DNA of 64,000 nucleotides. Source: Spirochaetota bacterium. Its GTDB lineage: Bacteria; Spirochaetota; UBA4802; JAFGJZ01. The first letter of the stretch is position 1, and every line of letters starts with the position of its first letter. The DNA lies in NCBI GenBank assembly GCA_016934935.1, contig JAFGRW010000054.1, forward strand, positions 106,668-170,667. The letters run 5' to 3'. Made by a program: the position numbers and the translations under genes. Under the pieces are notes generated by a model. It had not been told where the DNA came from. It ran no database searches and saw only the letters and a program-made list of their open reading frames with translations. Positions 1 through 10,475 of this stretch are shown here, in pieces.

Positions 1-16
1 CGCCAGGAGCATTACG

Positions 17-910
17 TTGGAAGAGAACAAGGAAATTTTAAAATTCAAAAGGTTTTTAAAGGTTGAAAAAGGTCTGTCTCAGAACAGTATTTATTCTTAT
101 TCATATGATTTGAAAAAATTCAATGAATTTCTTCATAGTGCAAATAAATCCATTTTAAGTGCTGATAGTGAAGATGTTAAAAGGTTTCTTTCTTTTCAGC
201 AACAAAAAAAGAATAACTCTTCACGGACACTTGCCCGATCTCTTGCTGCTATCCGTCAGTTTTATAATTTTATTTCTAGTACTGATCTTGATGTTTCAAA
301 TCCGACAATTAAGATTGAAACACCTCAAATAAGGAAGTCACTTCCAGATTTTCTTTCTGTTGAGGAAGTTGATGCGTTGTTTAACTCGATATCAGAAAGT
401 GACTGTTACGAATTAAGAGACAAGACCATTTTTGAGTTATTATATTCATGCGGGTTGAGAATTTCAGAAGCCATTGAGCTGAAATTTTTTGATATAGACT
501 TTGAGGATAAATTAATCAAAGTAACTGGAAAAGGTAATAAGGAACGTTTTGTGCCTGTAGGCGCTCGTGCGGTTCGTTTGATGAAACTTTATCTTGAAAG
601 ATCCAGGGAGATAATTCTTGGATCCAGAGAAAGTGAGTATCTCTTCATAAGCAAAAAAGGTTCAATGTTAAATCGAAAATCTGTCTGGAGATTATTGAAA
701 GGCTATGTCTCTAGAACCAATATTAAAAAAAATATTACACCGCATACACTTCGTCATTCTTTTGCAACACATCTAATAGAAAACGGTGCGGATCTTCGAG
801 CAGTACAGGAGCTTCTTGGCCATATAGATATTTCAACTACTCAGATTTACACACATCTTGCTCAAAAGAAACTTCAAAAGATTCATGCAAAATATCATCC
901 AAAGGGCTAA
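17..910 (+). CDS. xerD: Site-specific tyrosine recombinase XerD
   Basis: LYSCGLRISE, KGNKER, HTLRHSFATHL and LLGH..ISTTQIYTH motifs (R-K-H-R-H-Y catalytic set). About 300 aa; GGAG RBS before a TTG start. Confidence 0.9.
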   Translation: MEENKEILKFKRFLKVEKGLSQNSIYSYSYDLKKFNEFLHSANKSILSADSEDVKRFLSFQQQKKNNSSRTLARSLAAIRQFYNFISSTDLDVSNPTIKIETPQIRKSLPDFLSVEEVDALFNSISESDCYELRDKTIFELLYSCGLRISEAIELKFFDIDFEDKLIKVTGKGNKERFVPVGARAVRLMKLYLERSREIILGSRESEYLFISKKGSMLNRKSVWRLLKGYVSRTNIKKNITPHTLRHSFATHLIENGADLRAVQELLGHIDISTTQIYTHLAQKKLQKIHAKYHPKG

Positions 911-916
911 TTGTTC

Positions 917-2041
917 ATGAGTTGCAAATTTGTTATAACTATTACAATCTTAATCCTTATTTCATCCTGTACTCCTTCGCAGCAATTTTTAGAACAGCGA
1001 GGTGAAGTAATATCAGATAAATCTTCATTTATAAGAGTTTTGCTGCATAAATCTGATGCACCGGTGGTTGTTGGATCAGTTAAAAGAATAAAAGTGAAAA
1101 ATTTGAAATCGGGGAAACTTCTTGTAGATGGCAAATCAAAAAAAATAAAGTTTTTCTCAGATAAGCTTAGTTCGCCTGTTGAAATTGAGTCGTGGGATGC
1201 TCCACTGATAGTTAATGGAAAACCGTATCGAGGAAAAATTGAACTTCATAACGTTACTGGTAAAATATATGTTATAAATGTTGTATCAATGGAGCATTAT
1301 ATCATGGGTGTTGTATCTGCTGAAATGTCGCCTAACTGGCATATTGAAGCGGTTAAAGCCCAAGCTGTTGCTGCTAGAACATATGCTTTTCACACCCTTT
1401 TAAATAAAAAAAGCGCTTCTATTTATGATCTTGATTCGACAACAAAATTTCAGGTTTATAAAGGTATGGAAGGTGAAACAACAAATAGCAATTTGGCGGT
1501 AAGTCAGACCGCGGGACAAATATTATCTTATAATAATAAGCCAATACTAGCGCTTTTTCATTCTACTTGCGGAGGCAGAATTATAAACAACAAGTATGTT
1601 TGGGATGGAGAAGATTTGCCTTATCTTTCAGATAAGGCCGTTCCTTATGGAAAGTCATCACCGCACTACAGATGGAAAACAGAATTAACACTTTATGAAA
1701 TTAAAAAGGTTCTTGATTCACGATACAATAATATAGGTGCCGTGACGGGATTGTCTTTTAAAAAACATCAAGGACGAGTTGTAGAAGTAATAATTACTCA
1801 TAAAAACGGACGAGCCAATGTATCTGGTAATGATTTTAGAATGATGATTCCCGGTGGGAAAGTTAAAAGCCAGTTTTTTAATGCTTTTCGTACAAAAAAC
1901 GGATTGCGTCTTGAAGGTCGTGGCTGGGGACATGGTGTTGGAATGTGTCAATACAGTGCTAAAGAGATGGCTGAAGAGGGCAAGACTTATAAGAATATTT
2001 TAAGTTTTTTTTATAAAGATGTGCAATTTACCAAGTTTTAA
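917..2041 (+). CDS. SpoIID/LytB-domain lytic transglycosylase-like lipoprotein
   Basis: EAVKAQAVAARTYA, QVYKG, FHSTCGG and GWGHGVGMCQ motifs. N-terminal lipobox-like ISSC. ATG 917 preferred over TTG 911. Confidence 0.85.
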   Translation: MSCKFVITITILILISSCTPSQQFLEQRGEVISDKSSFIRVLLHKSDAPVVVGSVKRIKVKNLKSGKLLVDGKSKKIKFFSDKLSSPVEIESWDAPLIVNGKPYRGKIELHNVTGKIYVINVVSMEHYIMGVVSAEMSPNWHIEAVKAQAVAARTYAFHTLLNKKSASIYDLDSTTKFQVYKGMEGETTNSNLAVSQTAGQILSYNNKPILALFHSTCGGRIINNKYVWDGEDLPYLSDKAVPYGKSSPHYRWKTELTLYEIKKVLDSRYNNIGAVTGLSFKKHQGRVVEVIITHKNGRANVSGNDFRMMIPGGKVKSQFFNAFRTKNGLRLEGRGWGHGVGMCQYSAKEMAEEGKTYKNILSFFYKDVQFTKF

Positions 2042-2043
2042 TA

Positions 2044-3081
2044 GTGATCGAAATAGTGCAAAAACTGGAAGATTATAATTTTTATTTACCTGAAAACCTT
2101 ATAGCGCAGAATCCTGCAGAAAATAGGGAAGATTCAAGATTATTGGTGCTTAGCCGTTCTGAAAAAACAATTAATCACGATCATTTTCGAAATATTTATC
2201 AACACATTAATGCTGGTGATGTTTTAGTATTTAATGATGCGAAGGTTATTCCAGCACGTCTCTGTTTTAAAAGGAGTAGCGGTGCTGAGGTTGAGATTGT
2301 TTTGGCAAGAATGATTAATCGATCAGAATGGTATGTGATAAGCAATCGAACAAAAAAGCTTAAACCAGGTGAAAAAATTCAGTCATTAGCTGAACCGGGT
2401 TTGAATCTTGAAATAGTTGAACGTAAAGAAGATTTTCTTTATGTTAAAAGTTCAAGTCCTCTCACAGATGAGTTGCTTATGCGAGTAGGTTCTATTCCCC
2501 TGCCTCCATATATTCAACGTGAGGCATCGGCAAATGATATAAAACGGTATCAGACCATTTATGCTCGCAAAACAGGTGCTGTTGCCGCGCCAACCGCAGG
2601 TCTTCATTTTACTAAAGAAATTATGGATAAACTTGAAAAAAAAGGAGTAATTCTCAAGTATTTAACTCTTTACGTCTCGTGGGGAACTTTCAGTCCGGTA
2701 AGATCAGACAATATATCTGAACATAAAATGCACAGTGAATATTATGATTTGAGCAAGGATGTAACAACTGAAATAAACAAAGCCCGAGTGGAAAAAAGAC
2801 GAGTTATCGCTGTGGGAACAACAGCGCTAAGAGTTCTTGAAAGTACTTTTGTAAATGGAGTGAATGTGCCTGGTAGTGGGGACACAGATATCTTTATATA
2901 CCCACCCTATAAAATCAAATCCATTGATGCACTTATTACAAATTTCCATACACCTAAATCCACACTATTAATGTTGGTATCAGCTTTTGCCGGATATGAT
3001 GCAATTATGAATGCATATAAAGAGGCGGTTGACAACAATTACCGTTTTTTTTCGTACGGAGACTCGATGCTAATATGCTGA
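2044..3081 (+). CDS. queA: S-adenosylmethionine:tRNA ribosyltransferase-isomerase
   Basis: LIAQ.P, PLPPYI, YQTIYA, AVAAPTAGLHF, TNFHTPKSTL and YRFFSYGD motifs. Confidence 0.95.
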   Translation: MIEIVQKLEDYNFYLPENLIAQNPAENREDSRLLVLSRSEKTINHDHFRNIYQHINAGDVLVFNDAKVIPARLCFKRSSGAEVEIVLARMINRSEWYVISNRTKKLKPGEKIQSLAEPGLNLEIVERKEDFLYVKSSSPLTDELLMRVGSIPLPPYIQREASANDIKRYQTIYARKTGAVAAPTAGLHFTKEIMDKLEKKGVILKYLTLYVSWGTFSPVRSDNISEHKMHSEYYDLSKDVTTEINKARVEKRRVIAVGTTALRVLESTFVNGVNVPGSGDTDIFIYPPYKIKSIDALITNFHTPKSTLLMLVSAFAGYDAIMNAYKEAVDNNYRFFSYGDSMLIC

Positions 3082-3486
3082 GCGCCAGTATTCTTATTAT
3101 TATTTGTATTGGCTTGTGGTTTGACCTCAATTATGAATGTTTTACCCCCCTCTTTATCTTTAAAAGTTAATGAACTAGAAATCAAGATTATCAGGTATTT
3201 TTGATAATTTGCTGAACATGCATGTTATTAGAATACAGCTATTGAAGATTGTCTTTGTATGTTGCTCATATAAGAACAAAATGTCTTTAACAAAGAAGAA
3301 AATCCCGCAAGTAAAACGAAATTTAAATTTCATAGAATCATAATATTTCATAAAAAGCTAGAATTATAAGTTATTAAACTAGTTAATAAATCTGTGTTAT
3401 ATTAGTTGTTTGACAATTAAGTTTAAAATTAGATAAATAGAGCAGTACAAATTTTTTTAGTATAGTTTGTTAGGGAGGCAGATATT

Positions 3487-4278
3487 ATGCTGGTTAAGGA
3501 TTTAATTGATTATATCAGAAAAAAGTTCCCTGAAGATATACAGGAATCGTATGATAATTCAGGCATACAGGTTTACAGGTCAGATGACAAGTTGACCGGC
3601 GTTCTTCTTGCGCTTGATATTCATGAAAAAGTGATAGATGATGCTTTAAGATTTGGATGTAATCTTATTATTACTCATCATCCGTTGTTTTTTAAATCTA
3701 TTAAATCTGTTACGACTGAATCTTTTACTGGCAGGATAATCAACTCTTTAATAAAAAACAACATTTCCCACTATGCCATTCATACAAATCTTGACAAAGT
3801 TTACTGGAACAAACACGCACAGATGCTTGGCCTATTGAACATAGGTGTTATTGATCCGCATTTAAATACAGGTTATGGTTATGGTGCGTATGGAGAATTT
3901 CCTGATGAACCGTATATGGAAGATGTACTTCGACTTGTAAAGAGAACTTTTGGTAATGAGTATTTGATTTATACAGGAGAACTTGACAGGAAAATCAAGT
4001 CTGTAGCGATAATGCCCGGCAGTGGTAGTTCGCTTGTTGAAAAGATGATCGAAGAAAAAGTCGATCTTTATATGTGCGGTGATATAAAGTACCATGACGC
4101 GTTTTCAGCCGAGGTAAATGGTTTAAACTTGATTGACATCAGTCATTTTTCCAGTGAAATACATTATATGACCTTTTTGTCTGTCGATTTGCAAGATTAC
4201 TTGACAAAAGCTTCTGTTGCAAACGGTATAAAATTATTTACGTTGGCGAATAATCCATTGAAATGTTTCCAAGGGTGA
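3487..4278 (+). CDS. Nif3-like dinuclear metal centre hexameric protein
   Basis: YDNSG, THHPLFF, HTNLD, GDIKYH and HFSSE motifs. GGAGG RBS. Confidence 0.9.
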   Translation: MLVKDLIDYIRKKFPEDIQESYDNSGIQVYRSDDKLTGVLLALDIHEKVIDDALRFGCNLIITHHPLFFKSIKSVTTESFTGRIINSLIKNNISHYAIHTNLDKVYWNKHAQMLGLLNIGVIDPHLNTGYGYGAYGEFPDEPYMEDVLRLVKRTFGNEYLIYTGELDRKIKSVAIMPGSGSSLVEKMIEEKVDLYMCGDIKYHDAFSAEVNGLNLIDISHFSSEIHYMTFLSVDLQDYLTKASVANGIKLFTLANNPLKCFQG

Positions 4279-4284
4279 ATTTTA

Positions 4285-4986
4285 ATGAAAGAAAATATAC
4301 GGCAGATGGAAGAGCTGCAGCGATATACTGACGCAGTTATACGTGAAACAGGCGAGATTATATCAGCCAGAAAACGCATAGAAGAAATACAAAAAAATCA
4401 GCTTTATACTAAACAAAAATTTGATAAGCGCTTATCTGAATTAAAAAAATTGAAAAAAGAGACATCATCTTTGGAATTAATTCTGGAAGAAGCTGATGCT
4501 GCTGCAAGTAGGGTTAAAGACAAGATTAACAGCGCTCAAAACGAAAAAGAGTTGTCGGCGGGTTCTAATGAACTTGATAAAATTAATTCGGAAAAGGATA
4601 TTATTGAAGAGCAGTTACTTGCAAATTTTGATAAAATATCAGAAGAAGAGGAATTAATTAAAAAAGAAGAGATCATTTTTGAGAAAAATACAAATAGTGA
4701 TAATTCTACTCTGAAAGAACTGAATGAAAGAATAGACCGATTACAAACAATTAAAGAAGAAAACCAGAAGAAGTTCGAGGCCGGTCTTCTTTTACTTGAA
4801 CCCAAATTACGATCTCGATTTGCTAAACTTTCTGAATCTAAAGATGGGAAAGCAATTGTCAAGATGGAAAATGGAGTTTGTATGGGGTGCAATAACACTG
4901 TACCTCCAAATGATCTTTCTGTCGTTAATTCCGGTGAATTATGTATATGTACAAATTGTGGAAAATATTTATATAGCGGTCGTTAG
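4285..4986 (+). CDS. Coiled-coil protein with C-terminal C4 zinc ribbon (COG1579-like)
   Basis: Long charged helical region followed by CMGC...CTNCGKYLY. Typical position downstream of nif3. Confidence 0.85.
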   Translation: MKENIRQMEELQRYTDAVIRETGEIISARKRIEEIQKNQLYTKQKFDKRLSELKKLKKETSSLELILEEADAAASRVKDKINSAQNEKELSAGSNELDKINSEKDIIEEQLLANFDKISEEEELIKKEEIIFEKNTNSDNSTLKELNERIDRLQTIKEENQKKFEAGLLLLEPKLRSRFAKLSESKDGKAIVKMENGVCMGCNNTVPPNDLSVVNSGELCICTNCGKYLYSGR

Positions 4987-5031
4987 TAAATAATAGTAAT
5001 TGTGTTTTAATGTTAAAAAAGGATAAATCTT

Positions 5032-5682
5032 ATGATGCTTAGTATTGATAAAGTTCTTTCTCTTTTGGAAGATGGTAAAACAGTTCAAAAAATTGCGGAA
5101 CTTGCCGATAGCTCGATCGAAGACGTAATATCACTTATCAGGGAAGCAAGGAAAATTATTACCCAAAAAGATCCTCAAAAATCTAGAAAAAAAGTGAAAT
5201 TCAAGAAAAAAATTGAACAAAATTCAGATTTAGGCGTTATAGACAATGAAGAGTTGGATATATTCAAGGGGGCTGATTTATCGGTCGTTCCATTAGAGAA
5301 TATCTTAACATTTTATTGCGCAGTATCAGAGTCTAATGGAGCTGTTTCAGTCGCAATAATTATACAAGACAACGAGGGGCGTCGAGTGGGCAAGGTTCAG
5401 TACAGAGAAAACACAAAATCAAAACGGCTGGCCCTGTTGAAATCCTTGTTGAGATGTGAACAAATTGCTTCATATTTTAAATCTGTTAAAACCAGATTAC
5501 GCTTTGATGATGAGTATCTTTATCGTCAAATAACCGGGAAAAATACAGAAATAGAAAAAAAACTGATAAACTATGTTGGAGATATGAGAGTCCTTCTTGA
5601 GTCACGAAAAAATGAAATTCTTATTGAGTTGATAGAATCTCATCAAAATGAAAAAGCGCATTTTTTAACGGAGAATCAATGA
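5032..5682 (+). CDS. N-terminal HTH-like region plus degenerate RNase HI-like domain
   Basis: C-terminal half follows the RNase HI pattern (FDDEY..RQITG, NEKAHFL) but most catalytic acids are replaced. Sits in the nif3/Zn-ribbon/RNase H gene order. Confidence 0.6.
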   Translation: MMLSIDKVLSLLEDGKTVQKIAELADSSIEDVISLIREARKIITQKDPQKSRKKVKFKKKIEQNSDLGVIDNEELDIFKGADLSVVPLENILTFYCAVSESNGAVSVAIIIQDNEGRRVGKVQYRENTKSKRLALLKSLLRCEQIASYFKSVKTRLRFDDEYLYRQITGKNTEIEKKLINYVGDMRVLLESRKNEILIELIESHQNEKAHFLTENQ

Positions 5683-7700
5683 AAGAAAACTGGTTGTTGA
5701 AACCGGTAGATTCCGAGCAAATAAAGTATTTGGCAGAAACAAGTCAGCTTGATTATGACCTTGTTGCCATTCTTATGAGACGCGGTTATACTGATTTAAA
5801 TAGTATAATAGATTTGATGTATCCTTCCTATGCAGCTCTTCATTCTCCATTCTTAATGTTAAATATGTATCAAGCTGTAGATCTTCTTAGAAAAAGTACA
5901 GTTTCTGGAAAAAAAATTGGCATTTTTTCTGATTCTGATCTTGATGGCCTGACTTCACTTTATATTGTTAAAAATCTGCTTGATAAACTAGGTATCGAAA
6001 CTTTTTGTTATTATCCAAACCGGGAACATTCAGAATATGGACTAACAGATGAAGTTGCCGAAATTTTTATTAAGCAAAAAGTCGATCTGCTTATAACACT
6101 TGATTGCGGTATCAGAGATATCATTCCGATTTCAATTTTGCGCAAGTCGAATATTCCGGTTCTTGTTTGTGATCACCATGAGCCAGATACTGTTTTACCT
6201 GAAGCAGTCATAGTTAACCCCAAACTACATGATTGCGCTTACCCGTTTAAGGAGCTTGCAGGTGTAGGAGTAGCATTTAAACTGTGTCAGGCTTTTTTAC
6301 TTTCATTTTTGCCAATATATGGTAAAAGAACAGCTCTATTGTTTAAAAAGGATGATTGCTACGCAATGCATTTTTTTATGGACGGTATTGCTCTTGATGA
6401 TGATAAAATAGAATTTTTTTATTTCCAGGAGATACACCGCTATACTGGTAACGAAGATATTATTTGCTATTATGGAATTGATGAAAAAGAGATCGTAGAA
6501 ATTGAAAGATATACCAATCACTCAATTACTAATATTGTGAATCAGGCTTTTGGCGCAAATACGTTTTCAGCACTGTTTAAAAAATTGTTACTGATTTACA
6601 GGAATGATAAGAATCAGGTTGAAAAAGCCCTGGTTCATGTCTATCGGGAGTCAATCTTCATGATCCCGGCAAAAATTGGTGACTTTATCCGTGAAGTTAT
6701 GCCGTATATTGCTATTGGAACAATTGCTGATGTTGTGCCTGTTAGAGATGAGAACAGGATTTTTACAGCTAAAGGTATTGATCAGTTTAATGATTGTGAT
6801 AGCAGCACTTTAGTGCAGCTTAAAAATTTTTGCAAAACGCGTATAACGTCTAAAGTAATCGGTTGGCAGGTAGCACCACTATTAAACAGTCCTGGTCGAT
6901 TTGGCAAAACGGCGTTGACAGCTGATTTTTTTCTAAAGCCGCAAAACAGTGTTGATATCCTGTGTACTATAAGTGAATTGAATGATTATAGAAAAAAATA
7001 TGTAAAAGACCTGGTTGCGGGTGTAATATCTGAAAATCATGAGGTTTTTCTCGATTGCTCTGTTATTTATACAAGGTTTGATAAAATAGAAGAGGGGATA
7101 AGCGGACTTATAGCTTCAAGATTGGTAGATGAATATGATAAACCGGCGGTAGTAGTTGTTCAAATAGACGACCATTATTGTAAGGGGTCGGGAAGAAGTC
7201 CGTTCAGCGGTTTTTATTCCTTATTTGAACCACACAGCTCCATTTTTGAGCGCTTTGGAGGACATGATCAGGCATTAGGATTTACGATTTGTAATGAAAA
7301 TTTGGCAAAATTCAAAACTCTTATCGAAGGTTTCAATTTTGGTGATAACTATGGAAAGAAAGAGATTGTGATCGATTTAGAGATAGACGTTTCGAATATA
7401 GACTATTCTTTTATAAAAAAAATCAGCAGTTTGGAACCTTTTGGTGCTGAAAACCAACCTCCAGTATTTCTTTCAAGAGGGGTGGTTTTTGAAGAGTTAA
7501 AAATATTTGGTAAAAAACAAGAACATGCCAAATTATTTACTACCAACAAGTTTTTAGAAATTATTATATGGAATGGATCACAGAAAGCAGAAGAGTTATT
7601 TGGAGCAGGTGTGGCTGATATTGTGTATAGTCTGGAATTAAGTAATTATATGGGTTCACAAATAATAAGGATGAATATGATTGAGACGAAAATAAATTGA
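5679..7700 (+). CDS. recJ: Single-stranded-DNA-specific exonuclease RecJ (with internal insertion)
   Basis: DSDLDG, TLDCG, DHHE, GTIADVVP, NSPGR, GSGRS, GGH and LEPFG..N motifs. Confidence 0.9.
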   Translation: MKENWLLKPVDSEQIKYLAETSQLDYDLVAILMRRGYTDLNSIIDLMYPSYAALHSPFLMLNMYQAVDLLRKSTVSGKKIGIFSDSDLDGLTSLYIVKNLLDKLGIETFCYYPNREHSEYGLTDEVAEIFIKQKVDLLITLDCGIRDIIPISILRKSNIPVLVCDHHEPDTVLPEAVIVNPKLHDCAYPFKELAGVGVAFKLCQAFLLSFLPIYGKRTALLFKKDDCYAMHFFMDGIALDDDKIEFFYFQEIHRYTGNEDIICYYGIDEKEIVEIERYTNHSITNIVNQAFGANTFSALFKKLLLIYRNDKNQVEKALVHVYRESIFMIPAKIGDFIREVMPYIAIGTIADVVPVRDENRIFTAKGIDQFNDCDSSTLVQLKNFCKTRITSKVIGWQVAPLLNSPGRFGKTALTADFFLKPQNSVDILCTISELNDYRKKYVKDLVAGVISENHEVFLDCSVIYTRFDKIEEGISGLIASRLVDEYDKPAVVVVQIDDHYCKGSGRSPFSGFYSLFEPHSSIFERFGGHDQALGFTICNENLAKFKTLIEGFNFGDNYGKKEIVIDLEIDVSNIDYSFIKKISSLEPFGAENQPPVFLSRGVVFEELKIFGKKQEHAKLFTTNKFLEIIIWNGSQKAEELFGAGVADIVYSLELSNYMGSQIIRMNMIETKIN

Positions 7701-7724
7701 CATTTTCACAATAATAACTATTTT
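7697..7724 (+). promoter_or_regulatory. Putative sigma70-type promoter for the STAS-ispF genes
   Basis: TTGACA-N16-TATTTT overlapping the recJ stop codon. Confidence 0.45.
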
Positions 7725-7779
7725 CAACTTGTGGTTTATTTAATCAGTATAACCTCAATAATAAATGAAGGGGTCTTTA

Positions 7780-8079
7780 ATGGACATTAAAATAACAGAA
7801 AATGAGAGTTCAGTCCTGGTTAAGGTTTCCGGTGATATCGAAATGATGACTATCAAGGATTTTAAGGATCAGCTTTTATTATTAGGTAAGGATTCGGATA
7901 AAGACATTGAACTGGATATGGGTGATGTTAACTATATCGATTCTTCTGGCGTTGGTGTTCTGATCAGTCTTTTAAAGCTTCAAAAGAAAAAAGATAAGTC
8001 TGTTACGATTACAGAAGTTAGCGATAAAGTGCTTAATGTTCTGAAACTTAGCTCGTTGGCAGATGTATTTGATTTATGA
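7780..8079 (+). CDS. STAS-domain anti-sigma factor antagonist
   Basis: V.GDI...LDM.DVNYIDSSGVGVL motif with the phosphorylatable Ser. ATG 7780 follows a GAAGGGG RBS. Confidence 0.85.
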   Translation: MDIKITENESSVLVKVSGDIEMMTIKDFKDQLLLLGKDSDKDIELDMGDVNYIDSSGVGVLISLLKLQKKKDKSVTITEVSDKVLNVLKLSSLADVFDL

Positions 8080-8582
8080 TTCGATCTTTAAGATGCGGAA
8101 CTGGTTTTGATGTTCATCGGTTTTGTCAAGACCGGGATCTTGTTCTTGGAGGTGTGGTTGTTAAACACCCCCTTGGGTTGGCAGGGCATTCTGATGCGGA
8201 TGTCCTGGTTCATGCCCTGATGGATGCTCTTCTTGGTGCTGCAGCTTTGCCGGATATAGGTAGCTTCTTTCCAGATAACGATGTAACATACCAAAATATC
8301 AGTAGTATTGTTTTATTGCAAAAAGTTAAATCCATTTTAAACGAAAGTGGTTTCGAGATTATCAATATTGATACCACAATTATATGCGAAAAGCCGAAGG
8401 TTGGTCCCTATATTGCTTTGATGAAAAAAAAAATTGGAAATGCTCTTGAAGTGAGTGAAGATCTTGTTGGAATCAAGGCAACTACAACAGAAAAACTGGG
8501 GTTTACTGGTCGTGAAGAGGGAATTGCCTGCCAGGCTGCGGTTCTTCTTTTTAAAAAAACCGAAAATAAAACAATTGACTGA
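8076..8582 (+). CDS. ispF: 2-C-methyl-D-erythritol 2,4-cyclodiphosphate synthase
   Basis: GFDVHR, GHSDADVLVHALMDALLGA, DIG..FPD and KATTTEKLGFTGREEGIA motifs. Confidence 0.95.
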   Translation: MIRSLRCGTGFDVHRFCQDRDLVLGGVVVKHPLGLAGHSDADVLVHALMDALLGAAALPDIGSFFPDNDVTYQNISSIVLLQKVKSILNESGFEIINIDTTIICEKPKVGPYIALMKKKIGNALEVSEDLVGIKATTTEKLGFTGREEGIACQAAVLLFKKTENKTID

Positions 8583-8659
8583 TATCCTGCCTAATTTATT
8601 AACAATATAATGTACCTTTGTCTGGTATTTTTACAATCATAGATAGGAAAGTGCAAAAA

Positions 8660-9874
8660 ATGATCAAGAATGATATTACATTGTTGAAACGGGGAACAGA
8701 AGAAATTTTACCCGAAGATGATTTTGATAAAAAAGTTAAAGAGTCGGAAGAAAAACAAAAGCCTCTTATAATCAAGGCCGGTTTTGATCCGACAGCGCCG
8801 GATATTCATCTTGGACATACTGTGCTAATACGTAAAATGAAGCATTTTCAGCAAATGGGTCATACAGTTGTCTTTTTAATAGGTGATTTTACTGGAATGA
8901 TTGGTGATCCAACGGGTAAGTCTGAAACTCGAAAAAAATTAAGCAGAGAAGAGGTGTTGGAAAACGCCGAAACTTATAAAAAACAGGTTTTTAAGATACT
9001 TGACCCTGACAAGACCATTATAGAGTTTAACTCTAAATGGTGTTCAAAAATGGATTTTGCAAATGTCCTGGAGTTGACATCGCACTATAATGTCGCGAGA
9101 ATGCTTGAGCGGGATGATTTTTCAAAAAGGTATAAAACAGGAAAATCAATTTCAATAATTGAATTTATGTATCCTTTGGTTCAGGGGTATGATTCCGTTA
9201 TGCTTAAAGCAGATGTCGAATTAGGTGGAACGGATCAGAAGTTTAATCTGTTAGTTGGGCGGGATTTGCAAAAAGAGTATGGTTGTTCACAGCAGTCGAT
9301 AATGACTGTGCCGCTACTTGTCGGCCTTGATGGTGTTCAGAAAATGAGTAAATCTCTTGGTAACTATATTGGTATTGATGAAAAGCCTGCTGATATTTTC
9401 GGTAAAGTAATGTCAATTTCTGATGATCTAATGTTTACCTATTTTAATCTGGTAACAGATGTTCCATATGAAGATATTGATGATATTAAAATGAAAATGC
9501 AGGATGGAGCAGTGCATCCCCGAGATGTTAAAGTTCGTTTAGCCAAAGATATTTGTGCGCAATTTTATGATGAAGCTGTAGCGGATGAAGCCGAGCAGCA
9601 ATTTAACACTATTTTTGTAAAAAAAGATGTACCTGATGATATTGAAAAGTATAAAATTGAAAACGACATATTGGAAGAGGGAAAAATCTGGATTATTAAG
9701 CTGCTAGTTATTGCCGGGCTGGCAAAATCAAACGGCGAAGCCAGAAGATTGATACAAGGTGGAGGCGTTTATCTCGATGGAGAGACGATTTTAGACGCCG
9801 ATTTTGAGCTTGTGCTTCCAAGCTCATCCATAATAAAAGTAGGGAAAAGACGTTTTATTAAAATTGTTTGTTAA
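8660..9874 (+). CDS. tyrS: Tyrosine--tRNA ligase
   Basis: [26 protein letters not shown] and KMSKS motifs; C-terminal S4 domain. Start uncertain (8618, 8651 or 8660). Confidence 0.95.
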   Translation: MIKNDITLLKRGTEEILPEDDFDKKVKESEEKQKPLIIKAGFDPTAPDIHLGHTVLIRKMKHFQQMGHTVVFLIGDFTGMIGDPTGKSETRKKLSREEVLENAETYKKQVFKILDPDKTIIEFNSKWCSKMDFANVLELTSHYNVARMLERDDFSKRYKTGKSISIIEFMYPLVQGYDSVMLKADVELGGTDQKFNLLVGRDLQKEYGCSQQSIMTVPLLVGLDGVQKMSKSLGNYIGIDEKPADIFGKVMSISDDLMFTYFNLVTDVPYEDIDDIKMKMQDGAVHPRDVKVRLAKDICAQFYDEAVADEAEQQFNTIFVKKDVPDDIEKYKIENDILEEGKIWIIKLLVIAGLAKSNGEARRLIQGGGVYLDGETILDADFELVLPSSSIIKVGKRRFIKIVC

Positions 9875-9899
9875 AATGTGTAACTAACCGGAAAGGTAT

Positions 9900-10475
9900 A
9901 TGTCTGATTTAACAGAAGAAGAGATAATAGACAGGGTAAAGAATGGTGAAACGGAACTCTTGGGTGTTTTAATTGAAAAATATCAGGATAGGGTTTTTCG
10001 TTACACATATTCAAACCTTGGTAACTACGATGATGCTTTAGAGGCGACGCAGGATATATTTGTTAGTGTTTTCCGTTCTATCGCAAAATTCAGGGGAGAG
10101 TCCAAGTTTTCGACATGGCTTTATAGTATAACTTCGAATTACTGTAAGAACTATAAAAGAAAACGCGGACGAATGAGTCTTGTTTCATTATTTCGATCCG
10201 ATGATGAAGATTTTGGAGAACTTCCCATTGAGGATGAGAGAGAAGATCTTGAGAAACAGTTTGAACTTTCAAATGCAATGGATATAGCCAGAGAAGAGTT
10301 GGCAAAGTTGCCAGATGATTATAAAAATATTCTTTTGCTTCGAGAAATAGAAGAGATGTCCTATGAAGATATTTCGGAAGAACTGAATATATCGCTTTCG
10401 AATGTTAAAGTTCGGATACATAGAGGGCGTGCGATGCTTAAACAGCGTTTAATAGAAAGAGGTGTAGTCGAATGA
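9900..10475 (+). CDS. ECF RNA polymerase sigma factor (SigW/RpoE-like)
   Basis: Region 2 (DALEATQDIF, FRGESKFSTWLYSI) and region 4 (MSYEDISEEL..NVKVRIHRGR). Confidence 0.9.
   Translation: MSDLTEEEIIDRVKNGETELLGVLIEKYQDRVFRYTYSNLGNYDDALEATQDIFVSVFRSIAKFRGESKFSTWLYSITSNYCKNYKRKRGRMSLVSLFRSDDEDFGELPIEDEREDLEKQFELSNAMDIAREELAKLPDDYKNILLLREIEEMSYEDISEELNISLSNVKVRIHRGRAMLKQRLIERGVVE

Noticed and set aside
17-910. Tyrosine recombinase as a phage or island integrase
   Set aside because: Length, motifs and housekeeping context fit chromosomal XerD. I saw no att sites, cargo genes or dif-like site.
3082-3486. 400-nt gap after queA as a hidden gene or RNA
   Set aside because: Only short ORFs (under 60 aa) without a convincing RBS or motif, and no strong nested stems.
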